From the NCBI GenBank assembly GCA_012295275.1, contig CM022671.1:26598001-26662000 (forward strand): a stretch of 64,000 bases of DNA, in the 5' to 3' direction. The DNA is from Chrysomallon squamiferum (taxonomy: Eukaryota > Animalia > Mollusca). Each line of letters starts with the position of its first letter. Within the stretch, counting starts at the first letter, position 1. The notes under the pieces are model-generated. The model had not been told where the DNA came from, did no database searches, and saw only the letters and a program-made list of their open reading frames with translations. Positions 52,851-64,000 of this stretch are shown here, in pieces. A program made the translations under genes and the position numbers.

Positions 52851-54909
52851 ATCTTTGTTGGTGAGCTGTTAATTTTATACCTGTGCTACTAAGTTACTTG
52901 ACAGACATCACATACAGATCTTAATTGTTTTTTTTTAAAAATAGAAATGTAACAATGTCTGTCAGTTTTTCTGTTTTATACATTAATGTTATTATTATTA
53001 TTTTATCAGTGAACCTTTATCATAAACATCCATTCAGTTAGGTCTGGTTTACAGTCCATACTAATAAAAATAATACATTCTGACCAAACAGAATATATAT
53101 GTCCTACAGTTTAATACAAACAAAAATTATTTCACCATTTACAAAGATATTCAGTAAAAACAGTCATAAAATATATTCAAAGACACAATAAAAATAGTGT
53201 AGGTCTTAACAAAATAGAATATAATTTATTTACCATTGTTTTGCCACAGCCATTAACAATTCTGATTCAAGTCTTTAACTAAATATTCAATCATAAAAGC
53301 TGCTCAAAAAACAAAAGATCAGCAAAACTGTCTAGACATACCTTTATAATAAAACAAGCAGCACAAAACTGTAAAACAGAGCAAATAAAATTTCTTATAC
53401 TTAAATAACAGTAAAATTCCAAACCTATAAGGAGGCACTCAACCATGTATAAAAACAAAGTTTTTGATGGATAAAGCCAGTGACAACTTGTATGTAGTGT
53501 GGAGTTCAGTCCTAACAATTCTTTAAAACATTTTTTGCCCAGCCAAGCTAAACATTGTGTAAGACATTACGGCAGCTTGCTGTGAGTGTTTAAACCAACT
53601 GCTGTGCAGTGAATATAAATCAAGATTAACCCAGCTTTTTACCCTCGCATTGTCCAGCTCTGCTTGATCTGGGCAAACAATGTCTGGATGGGTTGTTAAC
53701 TACTTTAAAGAGCTGAAACTATATTTTGAGAAGAAAAAAAAAAAAAAAAAAAAAACTGTACACACCTAAAATAATTTAAAAATAAAAAAAAGCTGTTATC
53801 AAAATTTATTAAATGTTTTAAAAGTGCTTTTGAGAGTATTTTCAATGCAAACAAAAATATGTTTCCATGCAATTGCTATGATAATGTTATCCTTTATCAC
53901 TAGCAAAGACTAGTCTTCATTTAAAAGCAAAATAAGTGAATGATAATTTTGAAAAAAAGAAAACCTCTTGAAAATATATTAAATACTTTTGGCCAAAGAT
54001 TAATACCCTAACAATGAAAGTAAAATAATGAGGATAAAGATGGTGTTCATGTTCATGGTGATGAAAACAACATTTATAACTTACTATATTATCAGATCAC
54101 ACATTTGTCAGCCAGAAACTTTATGTATAGCCTACCAGCAAAGCAAGGCAAATGATTTTAAAAACCCAGTAAACACATCAAAAAACCACCAACAACAAAC
54201 ACAAAAAAAAAAAAAAACACAGTCAGAAAACACCAAGCCTGCCTAACATTATTATCCTGGTATCCTGGGTCACAAAAATTATTTTTGCTGGAACTGTGGA
54301 TGTCTAATGTTTTAGCTAAGCTAATTTTCCCAGCAACCAAAACATTCTGCTTTCTTTTCTTGCTCCAACCAAGCATATTTTATTTCAAATTGTATGTGGC
54401 TAATTAAAATATCTGGCTAATATTCAACTAGGTTAAACATGAGCAAGCAAACCCAAACAGTTTATGAGTAATGTCAAGATGAACCTCAGAATTTCAAGAA
54501 AACGATTAACAAAACTAAATAAAAATAATCTTTGTTTGTTTGCAAACTGATTGTCAGTAAATGATTGTGCAAATCCAATATTTTGAAAGATGCTATATGT
54601 TATCAGTTAGATACCAGTTTGTTATGATTATATATAATCTGATAAAATGGACTATCAGCCAATAAGCAAAAACAAAATATAAATAATCTGATAAGGTTCT
54701 ATCTTTGAATGCCATTTGTTATCACTTGGCTGTAGATAAATACTATGACATACGGAATAAATTAGAAGATTTAAAAGTATTATCTAGATTAGTGGAATTA
54801 CTGATAATCCAATGGCCTTATTATCTGATGTAACATCAACAAACTGGTTTACATACTATCTAACACCATAAGCTGTAGCTGAATAAGTATAATAGCAGAA
54901 ATGGCTAGG

Positions 54910-55360
54910 AAGTTAAAAGATCAAACTGTACATGTCTGAAATTAGGCTAGAAATCTGTACGGACCAGAATGTTGGACAGCTGGAAAGATGGAAGAACAGA
55001 ACTGCAAGAAAACTGAGATGAGAATGTTGAGAATTATTAAAGGTGTAAAAGTGAGAGACACAGCAGACTGTGTGGACATAGAGAAGTAGCTGAAAGAGAA
55101 AGCCAGAGAGAGGAGACCATTGCATTGTGGGCACATGCAGAGAATGGCAGATAACAACCAAGTGAGAGCAATTGTTGACATGGCAGTGCTGGGGGGGGGG
55201 GACAAAGATCAAGAGGCAGACCAAGAGGGAGATGGATGGATTGTGTCTGAAGGGACATGCAGGAACTGCTGATCACACCAAAACAAATAATCCTGAAGGT
55301 CAAGAAAAAATTCAGGCCCCTGACCTCACCTAGTGGGAAAAAGTGAGGATGAAAAAGAAG
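54910..55360 (+). mobile_element. Degenerate 3' fragment of an RTE-clade LINE
   Basis: Broken translation KLKIKLY..IR, LYGPECW, TEMRMLRIIKGV, KARERR..CGHMQRM, RSRGRPRGRWMDCV.RDM matches the RTE ORF C-terminus pattern (LYGSECW, EMRMLRW, RLRWFGH, RGRP..W); contains stops and frameshifts. Confidence 0.8.
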
Positions 55361-55434
55361 TAATAGTAGTAATAATGTTAAAAGGTAATAAATTTTAGTT
55401 GCAGTAAGAGATGAAAACAGAATTTTATTACATA

Positions 55435-55620
55435 TATCTGTATTTTATCTATGACAGTTATCTAAATCTGTATTTTATGAAAGGCAGTTATCTACATCTA
55501 TAATTTTATGTGTGACAATTATCTTTATCTGTATTTTATGTGTGATAATTATCTGTATCTGTATTTTATGTGTGACAATTATCAGTATCTGTATTTTATG
55601 TGTGACAAGTATCTGTATTA
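55435..55620. repeat. 30-bp tandem repeat, about 6 copies
   Basis: Unit GTATTTTATGTGTGACAATTATCTGTATCT. Confidence 0.85.
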
Positions 55621-56259
55621 CACATCTAAGATCATAAAGAAAACACAGATCAATATTTGAAGTAAAACTTACTATGAGTCACAAATCTGCAATGACACAA
55701 CTCACTATTTTGTAAAGATCAAAGACTGTACAATGTATTGATATTAATGTTCAAACACATCTTCAGCAAAACAAATTAATCAATTTTCTTTCCATGTAAA
55801 ATAACAATAAATTGTTTAATAATGGGGGCAAAAAATTTTAAATCATTATTTTCATTTTTGTCTTTATCAAAAACTCTCAAAACCCAATCTTTGTTCTAGG
55901 TGACAACCAATACTGTAAATATTTTGTCTATGAAACTGAAATTAAAAAAAGGGGCTTTTTGACAAAATTGCTTTTAAGTGGTCTTCCTCAGAAATTTTTT
56001 TTTTTTTTTGTTTATTCATATCAGAGTTTATTATTATAGATTCTGTAACAATCAAAACTATCTGGTATTGTATGTTACAGCATAATATGACTCACAAATT
56101 TTATTTCAGCGCACTACATCATATCCATCTCCATACTTTTAGTTTTATTGGAGATATATATATAATCCCCATCACTGTATGTTGTTTTATAAGTTGAAGA
56201 CACAACTATTATTCTTATATATTAACAGATATATTCATACACCAATATACTTTAACAGA

Positions 56260-56302
<43 letters not shown>

Positions 56303-56859
56303 GTTATGATCCACCACAAACATCACATACACACATACTCACACACACACATACATACATACATGCTGACTGAGGCTATAAAACCAATAGCTTTGATGCT
56401 TGAAAAAAATTTTAATTACATTTGTGTGGACAAAATATTTTTTCTCTCCAGATAACAAATTACATTAACCCAGTGACAAGTGGGTGAGAATAAATTTAAT
56501 TTCTTTCTTCCTATCAGAGAATGTGACTCTGAATTATTACTGTGGCTGGTGCTGACTTGGTTGTGAAGTTTTCTGCCTTCCTCAAGATCCAAGTGAAGTG
56601 TTTCTTTTTAACTTCAATAAATTAACTTAAATGTTGTTCCGTAACCTTTGATGTGACAATTGAAATGGTCTGGTGGATTTCCAGGCTTTTTAGATTTATT
56701 AATAAATTAGTAACCTTAAAAAAATATTTTTTTGGGAAAAAGGGAAAGATGGCCATCCCCCCCAAAAAAGTAATCTCAGAATTAGAAAGAGGGAAAAATT
56801 CCTCCACACTTTTTTATAAAAGTATTACAGAAAATACGAATATCTGAGATTTGACAGAG

Positions 56860-57340
56860 AAACACAAATGTATGAGGACTGGTAGAGAAACACAACTGTA
56901 TGAGGATTGGTAAACATTTAAAAATGTATGAGGACTGGCTGAGAAATACACATGTATCATTACAGGTAAAGATTTAAAAATGTATGAACTGACAAAGAAA
57001 TACAAATGTATAAGGACTGGTAAAGATTTGAAAAAGTATGAGGACTGACAAGAAATACATATGTATCAGGACTGGTAAAGATTTATGAGGACTGACAAAG
57101 AAATACAAATGTATAAGGACTGGTAAAGATTTTAAAAAGTATGAGGACTGACAAGAAATACAAATGTATGAGGACTGTTATAGAAATACAAATGTATGAA
57201 GAGTGGCAGAGGAACAATTATATATATGAGGACTTGTAGAGAACAACCAATGTACAAGGAATGGTAAAGATTTAAAAATGTATGAGGACTGACAAAGAAA
57301 TACAAATGCATGAGGACTGGTAAATACAAATTTATAAGGA
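56860..57340. repeat. Degenerate minisatellite, unit about 27-28 bp
   Basis: Recurring AAATGTATGAGGACTG followed by GTAAAGATTTA or ACAAAGAAATAC variants. Confidence 0.85.
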
Positions 57341-57524
57341 AGCCCGGCAGAGATATATAAAATGTATTTTATTGGAAGTGAAATCATGCAAAAAAAATAT
57401 CAATCATTTAATCTGGAATCACTTGTAATGTCTGACCTAATCAAATCCATCAGTCTGATCTCAAAAATGTTTTATGTAACAACCAAAAAAAAATAAATAA
57501 ATAAAAAAAAACAAAAAAAAACCC

Positions 57525-57700
57525 CAAACAAACAAACAAACAAACAAACTAATAAACAAACAAACAAACAAACAAATAAAATAAAATAAAATAAAATAAA
57601 ATAAAATAAAATAAAATAAAATAAAATAAAATAAAATAAAATAAAATAAAATAAATAAATAAATAAATAAATAAAATAAAATAAAATAAAATAAAATAAT
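57525..57700. repeat. (AAAC)n-(ATAAA)n microsatellite
   Basis: Seen directly. Confidence 0.9.
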
Positions 57701-58072
57701 GGGAAAAGAAGGAAAGAAAACAAAAAAAGAGAACTGGAGTGATAAAAGCTTCACACCAGACAGAAAGAGTTGGACGAACTGACAGGTATAATGGACTCAA
57801 CACACAGCTACATTCGATACAGCTGCTTTGAGCAATTACTTCAAATTAAGTTAACTGTAAAAAAATTCTAATTTCCTTTTTTTTTTTAATGATTAAAAAA
57901 AAAGAAAGACAGAATAAAAACATTAAATCTGCATTAATAAACAGTCAGATGTATACTAATTGTAATCACTTCTTGTTTCGTATTTCTGTATTACTGTGTC
58001 CAAGATGTAATGGTTGCATTGTTTGTCAGTGCAGCTTTTGAGCCATTTCCCACTGAACTAGAGTTCTACAAA

Positions 58073-58119
<47 letters not shown>

Positions 58120-58990
58120 ATATATATATATATATATATATTAATCTGTAAGAGTAGCCCATGGAGTGATCAAAGAATTCTTCTTTTATCAATATTATTC
58201 AACAAAAAAAAATAAATAACTAAATAAATAAATTTCAAAAAACTGTCAGATATTTAATTATCGTAAATATTAAAATATTCATTTATTTGTTATTTCAATT
58301 TCTTTTTTTTTTTTTTTAATATTTTTTTTTTTTTACCCCTCTGAACTCAGAAATATTAATTATTATTTTTAAATGATTTTTATAACACCATGCAAGGAAG
58401 GAGTATCAAAAATATTTTCTTAAATTCTCCTGAGAAAGAATTACAAAATAAGAATGATTAATGTTTATCAAATATTAACATAAGCTGAGAAAAAAATGTT
58501 TATGATGATTATAGAGTAGCAATGTCAATACAGAGCTTGTATTCAACAGCTTCAAGATTTAATTGATTTAAATATCTCATTTAAATACTCTAAAAAAGAA
58601 TTATATTAATTATGGTATTATTTTTAATCCAAGTATTTTGAAAAAAAAAAAAAATGTTTTATGCATCTAAATTTTAAGTTAGTTTTTAAATGTTTTTTAA
58701 TAAAAAAAATAATAAAAATAATAAAAATAATAAAATAATAAAATAATAAAAAAATAATAATAATAAAGTATATAAATGAATTAAAAAAGGTTATTTATCC
58801 AACACAGAGATATTACAAAGAAAGACAAATTTACAAAATTAAATACTAAACCAAATTCAATGTATATAAAATGAAGAGTAGAATATTAAAAATTAAAAAA
58901 AATAAAATAAAAACCACCAAACATTATATACACAATTTCCAAAGTCTTTTGTGAAAACAATAAATTCAGATACTGAAACTGCCGACTTAC

Positions 58991-59396
58991 CTTACAATCA
59001 CAGTTATGATGTGTCACTGAAACCGAGAGGAAAGTAGCTGGATTAAAACATTCAAGTCTCGAGTTCACTTTAAGACAGACCAGCAACTGTAATGTTAATC
59101 CACTACAAGGAAACAATCTAAACAGTGTGTGCGTGTGTGTTTGTGTGCGTGTGTGTCATACACACATATTCTCTTAAAAGTTTTCAGACCAAACAGACAC
59201 AGCCTGTCTTGGTGAAAACAAAAACTGGTTGCTGTGTGTGCAGTTGGCATCAGCCAAGCATAAAAATCTTCCTCTGTTACTAACACTTCATCTCTGGCTG
59301 CCGCTTCGCTCAGGCAATCAATCCCACAGGCTGAGGAGAGAGAGAGAGACACACAGAGAAACTGAGAGAGATCCAAGCTCAGGCCCAGCTATAATA
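58991..59396 (-). promoter_or_regulatory. Candidate distal promoter and non-coding first exon of the Met-like gene
   Basis: Minus strand: TATTATAG starting at 59396, Inr TCAGTT with +1 A at 59363, consensus donor AAG|GTAAGT at 58991. Coding exon 1 has an acceptor at 45790 just before its ATG, which implies an upstream UTR exon. Confidence 0.5.
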
Positions 59397-59706
59397 GCTG
59401 CGTGCACCAACAAACCAAGTCAGTCCGTGGTCTGAGTTATGGAAGTCAGCAGACAAGAGCAGGCATAAAAGCAGGAACAAAAGCTGTAGTATTTATGATT
59501 TATTGCCTCTGTTACTGGGTTGCTGTCACAAATCCCCCATCTGCTGTGCCCACACTCCTGCCCTCTTTTCTCTAATATACTGGTTTTACCTCTAAGAAAG
59601 CATTCTCGCAGTTTACAGCCGTAGCAACAGAAATGATCATGATTTAAGGTGGAAAATTGTTTTTTGAGAGTGTATATAGTGAAGGCAGTAAATGTCAAAA
59701 AAGAGA

Positions 59707-59747
<41 letters not shown>

Positions 59748-60375
59748 ACGAAGGCATATAGATTTTCAAAAGCTGATCTTTCTGACTATTCTGGGCCAAG
59801 CCATGCCAAAGGTGGGGGAGGGGAATGGGTGTAGAAAGAATATGTCAGTATGAAAGGAAAGCAGGATCTTAGAGAAATGCATCAAGCAGTGGAAAACATT
59901 TTATTTCACATCTCTGTGGTTTAAACTATTCAGTTTATATGATTTTCTGTTTACCTACAAAAATGGCTTTGAAATATGTATGTTTTTTAAAAAAAACTCA
60001 TTTTTAGTCCATTTTTATACTTTCCTAAACAATATCTCTAACTAATGCAAAATACAGGATTTGTTTATGTATGTTATTAACATGTATACATTATATATAT
60101 TAACAGATACATTAAACAGAGTCACTATAATAAAGCCAACAATTTTACAAGTTCAAACCAAGATATGTACATATTTAATATAGTAATCATAAAGGAATTT
60201 ATTTCATAATATAATTTTTTTTTTTTTATGATATTCTATTTTATAAATATAGTAACATCATAATTAAATACAAAACTGTATATGTTAAATACAGAAACTG
60301 TACAAAATTACTAAATAAATGTTATCTAAAGGTTTTAGTGTTGATTAGGAGTAAAAGCTTGACTATTCTCTAAGA

Positions 60376-61297
60376 CAGGCATGTCAAATATGCATCCCAT
60401 TATAATGCAAAATTGCAGCCTATGGGCCATACAAAAATTTCTACACCAAATGTAGATTTTATCTTCATAAAATAGTTTTTTTTTAAATTGTTTCAAATCA
60501 CACACAGCTCATTAACAGTTGTAAACAGAAAACTTTCTTTTAAATTTTTTAAAAGTTTTTGCTTTTAAAATGGCAAGAAAAAAAGAAAATTGAACGAGGA
60601 AGAGCATGAGTTTCAAGAAAAGTGGGAATTACAGTATTTTTACACAACAGTTAATGGAAAGATATATTGTTTTATTTCAAACAATTACATCATTACACAA
60701 AAAGAGTACAACTTGAAAAGACATATGAAATTAGCCATCAATCTTACAATAAATATGAAGGCTCAATGCATCTTTCGAAACTCATGGAATTGAAGACTAA
60801 CTTGAAAAAGCAACAGAAACTTTTTTTTTACAGAAATTCAGAAAGGGAATGTTGCTTCCGTTACTGCAAGCTATGAACTCAGCAGAATGATCGACATGAG
60901 TGGGAAATCATACTCTGAAGGAGATTTCATAAAGCAATGCCTTACAAAAACAGCTGAAATTGTATGTCCAAACATTTCAACCAGACTTAACAAAAATTGT
61001 CAACAAGAAGAGGTGGCAGGCAAGGCAAGCCTCAGGACAAAACAATAAAAATGATTGAATTGTAACAAATAAATGTTAAATTTTGAACTGTTGATATTTT
61101 TGTACAATATATTTACTGCTGTTTAAATTTTTTTTTTTTTTTTGTCAAACTACTTCATTACTTTGTATTCATGAATGCTGCTGAATTGCTAAAACATTTG
61201 TATGCACGTCTATATTATAGATTAAGCACAGTGCAGATGCAAACATAATCAAATTTTCTTATGCAGTCTTAGATAAGACTCAAGTTTGACATCCCTG
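60376..61297 (+). mobile_element. Internally deleted hAT DNA transposon (Buster/Charlie/SPIN, GTF2IRD2-like)
   Basis: TIRs CAGGCATGTCAAA / TTTGACATCCCTG (12/13 match); perfect 8-bp TSD CTCTAAGA on both sides; frameshifted transposase N-terminus at about 60570-60970 (FQEKWELQYFY, KEYNLKRH, LKKQQKLF, ASYELSRMI, SYSEGDFIKQCL, AEIVCP). Confidence 0.9.
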
Positions 61298-61472
61298 CTC
61301 TAAGACACAAACAGAAAATGAACACTAGAAAACAAAGAATAAATAGATATGTCCAAGATTTCTTCTGAATAGTTATGTTAAAAAGTGACCGTTAATTTTT
61401 CTCTTCAGTGGAAAAGAATTCAGTTTAATATAAATGCACATCCTTTTAAGAAATAATTGTGTTATTTATTCT

Positions 61473-61714
61473 CAGTGGCTTGGAGGGTGGGGCCAAAGGG
61501 GCAGTGAGCCTGGGCGTCCAAACTGGGGGTATCCAATTAGAGAAAAGATCTTAATAAATTTGGTGGATTTATATTTAAATATAATAAAATGTTTATTTTA
61601 TGTTTCATCTATATTTACTTCTTTAAAATATCATAATATTTCTCAGCACTTGAGTCTTTGGGGCACACAATCCAGGAGTTGGCCCCTGCATTACCAGATT
61701 TCTGCAAGCCACTG
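61473..61714. mobile_element. Non-autonomous hAT-type MITE, 242 bp
   Basis: TIRs CAGTGGCTTGGAG / CTGCAAGCCACTG (12/13 match); 8-bp TSD TTTATTCT / TTTGTTCT (7/8); GC-rich ends and AT-rich centre. Confidence 0.75.
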
Positions 61715-61731
61715 TTTGTTCTTTAGTGTGC

Positions 61732-61763
<32 letters not shown>

Positions 61764-64000
61764 ATATTTATATATATTCACACGTGTGTGTATGTAACAC
61801 ATTGGTCTGAATATGTCTTTTGACTTGTTTTAAACAAAGTCAAAAATTTAAAAGCTTTATTATTTTGCACTGTTATATATCTGTTAACATCTACATGAGC
61901 TTCAAATCAGATGGTTATCAAATCAACACACCTGTACATGTATATAAAGATTCATATCATTTTTCTAAAAAGAAGAAATATTAACACAGTCAGTTTATCA
62001 GTTACACAGAAAAAGCCAAAAATAAAACTATGCCTATGTAATGAACTTTCCCTACCTTGGAAAAGAGTTACACAATTCACCTGCTCAACAAGTTTTCAAA
62101 TTGTCTATGATTACCAAATCCCTGGGTAAAATCTCAACTTAGTACTCTGCACCCTTTTTTTTTTTTTTCTTTCTTTCTTTTAAAACTTTAAAGATAAGGC
62201 AGGAAATGAGTTATAGAGAACTCTTGGCTGAGACCACTTTCTGAAAAGTTATGATGGAATATGCATCTAGAAAATTATTATTCTTCAGCCCGGTTCCTTC
62301 ATCTCCAGTTTCAGACATTTGCAGACTTCAAAAACTTGTCAGACAATTTTATGGTTCTTCAAATTGTCTGATGTTTTTTTGCCCAATGGCATCTAACGCA
62401 TTTTGCAGAACACAGAATTCTCAATGAAAGCAATAAAAGCAGGGAGGGAGATTTGACGAAAGTTCCAGGACTGCAATGCCGAACCCAAATGCACATGAAG
62501 AGTTTTACAAAATTAAGCAGTTTTCAAAAGTGCATATCTCTTGAGTTCATATCAGTTATATGGAGCATGCACGTGTGTTAGCCATATTTCAATATATAAA
62601 GTTTAAAGGTAAAATATGCATCTAGAAAAGATCAAGAGTCTTGCTAAATAAAGCAGCTTTAGTCTACAGTTTGTCAAAATTAATGATCTGCACAGTATCT
62701 TAAATACTTCATTATTTTGGGATGGATCTATTGCTTAAATGATATTATCTGTATATATTAAACCCAGTATGCATCTAGTTAATACTGCTTGCCACTGCTA
62801 TAATTATTTCCTTACTGCCCACATACAAATCTTGAAAAAAAAAAAAAAAAAGTTATAACAACTGAGGAAGATGTGGAGAGACACACACACAGAGAGATAG
62901 AGATGCACAAACACATCTGTCATAAACAGATTAACCATCTTACATACATTCAGTCGCCATCAGCTTGAATCATACTAACAAATGCATAAAGAAATCTCAC
63001 AAGAAATAACATTGGTCTGAATTACAGGAGCATATGGTTCTCCACTTGTTAAAACAATTTTTTTACACAAACTATAAATACTCAAAACTTTGCAAAACTT
63101 ATTACCTTTTTCTGTTATTATGTCTAAGTAAAAAACCAACTGAATATAAAACAAAGCTGTCTGTTATTCCTCATGTGTTTGAAAATTGCTCTCAACATGT
63201 TTTAACAGTAAAAGCATGTAATTGTGTGTGTTGAATACGAGAAATTTTCCTCGTCGTCTTCTTTGGTGTTGGTTTAAAAAAATCCTCAATAAAAAACACA
63301 GAGGCATATTTACGTACAACAGAGGCCATAAAAAAACACTGAACATTTTTTTTTTTCCCTTGAGTGATTAGAAAATAAATAAAAGAAAATTATTTCTTAC
63401 TGTGATGACTGTGTATGCAGAACTGAAAAAACATTCGTCTGTTTTAGTGTTTGCACAAATATATACATAATAGAATACATAGAAAAGTTTTCTTTTGTCA
63501 GAAAATTACTTGATACTGGCTTTGAAGAAAAAGTTCACAGCACATTGAAAGTGAAATTCAAAGATAATATTTACATATTTCTACACAGATTTATTCAACC
63601 ACAACCATTCTGTTTACCTATCAAGATATGCACGTGTGTCATACATTTCACATGTTAAATGAAATCATGTGCTGAACTGCCAATCACCACAGACTTCAGT
63701 TCCAACCCAATAGAATAGATTGTTATATGATTACTGTAGTTATAAAATAGCTTTTTTTTTTTACCTTCCAGTTTTAAATATAAAACAAGTAAAAGAAAAC
63801 AATTTTTTTTTTTTATCTCATCTCTCTGTATGTTCAGTAGTGGAAAAATATAAATACATAAAAATTTTTAGAATCATTACAATAATAACACAGATATTTA
63901 AAATAAAAATAAAATAAAATACATAGATTTAAAAAATAAAATTTATTTGGTATTTGTTTATATCTAAACAGTTAAACTGAAAAAATAAAAATAAAGAATT

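Noticed and set aside
60570-60970. Domesticated GTF2IRD2/ZBED-like host gene
   Set aside because: Frameshifted, truncated before the catalytic core, and flanked by TIRs and a TSD; it is a transposon relic.

Overview
Very AT-rich, microsatellite-dense, intron-rich animal DNA, probably a mollusc (inferred from repeat remnants and protein divergence; low confidence). It holds two convergent (tail-to-tail) spliced genes. (1) + strand: the 3' 11 coding exons (3055-10115) of an LRIG-family gene (LRRs, LRRCT, 3 Ig domains, TM, long tail); its 5' end lies upstream of the window. (2) - strand: a complete 26-coding-exon gene (45768->20575, about 1596 aa by my exon assembly). It joins a full plexin-type ectodomain (signal peptide, Sema, 3 PSI, 6 IPT) to a MET/RON-family tyrosine kinase domain in place of the plexin GAP domain. 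The kinase looks like a HER3-style pseudokinase: HRD->HRN, DFG->DYG, all three MET activation-loop Tyr positions are Phe, and the ATP-binding motifs are intact. Also seen: two candidate TATA+Inr promoters for this gene, two hAT elements with TIRs and 8-bp TSDs, an RTE LINE remnant, SINE-like remnants, and mini/microsatellites. Exon boundaries were read by hand from GT-AG sites and checked for phase; no database searches were run.
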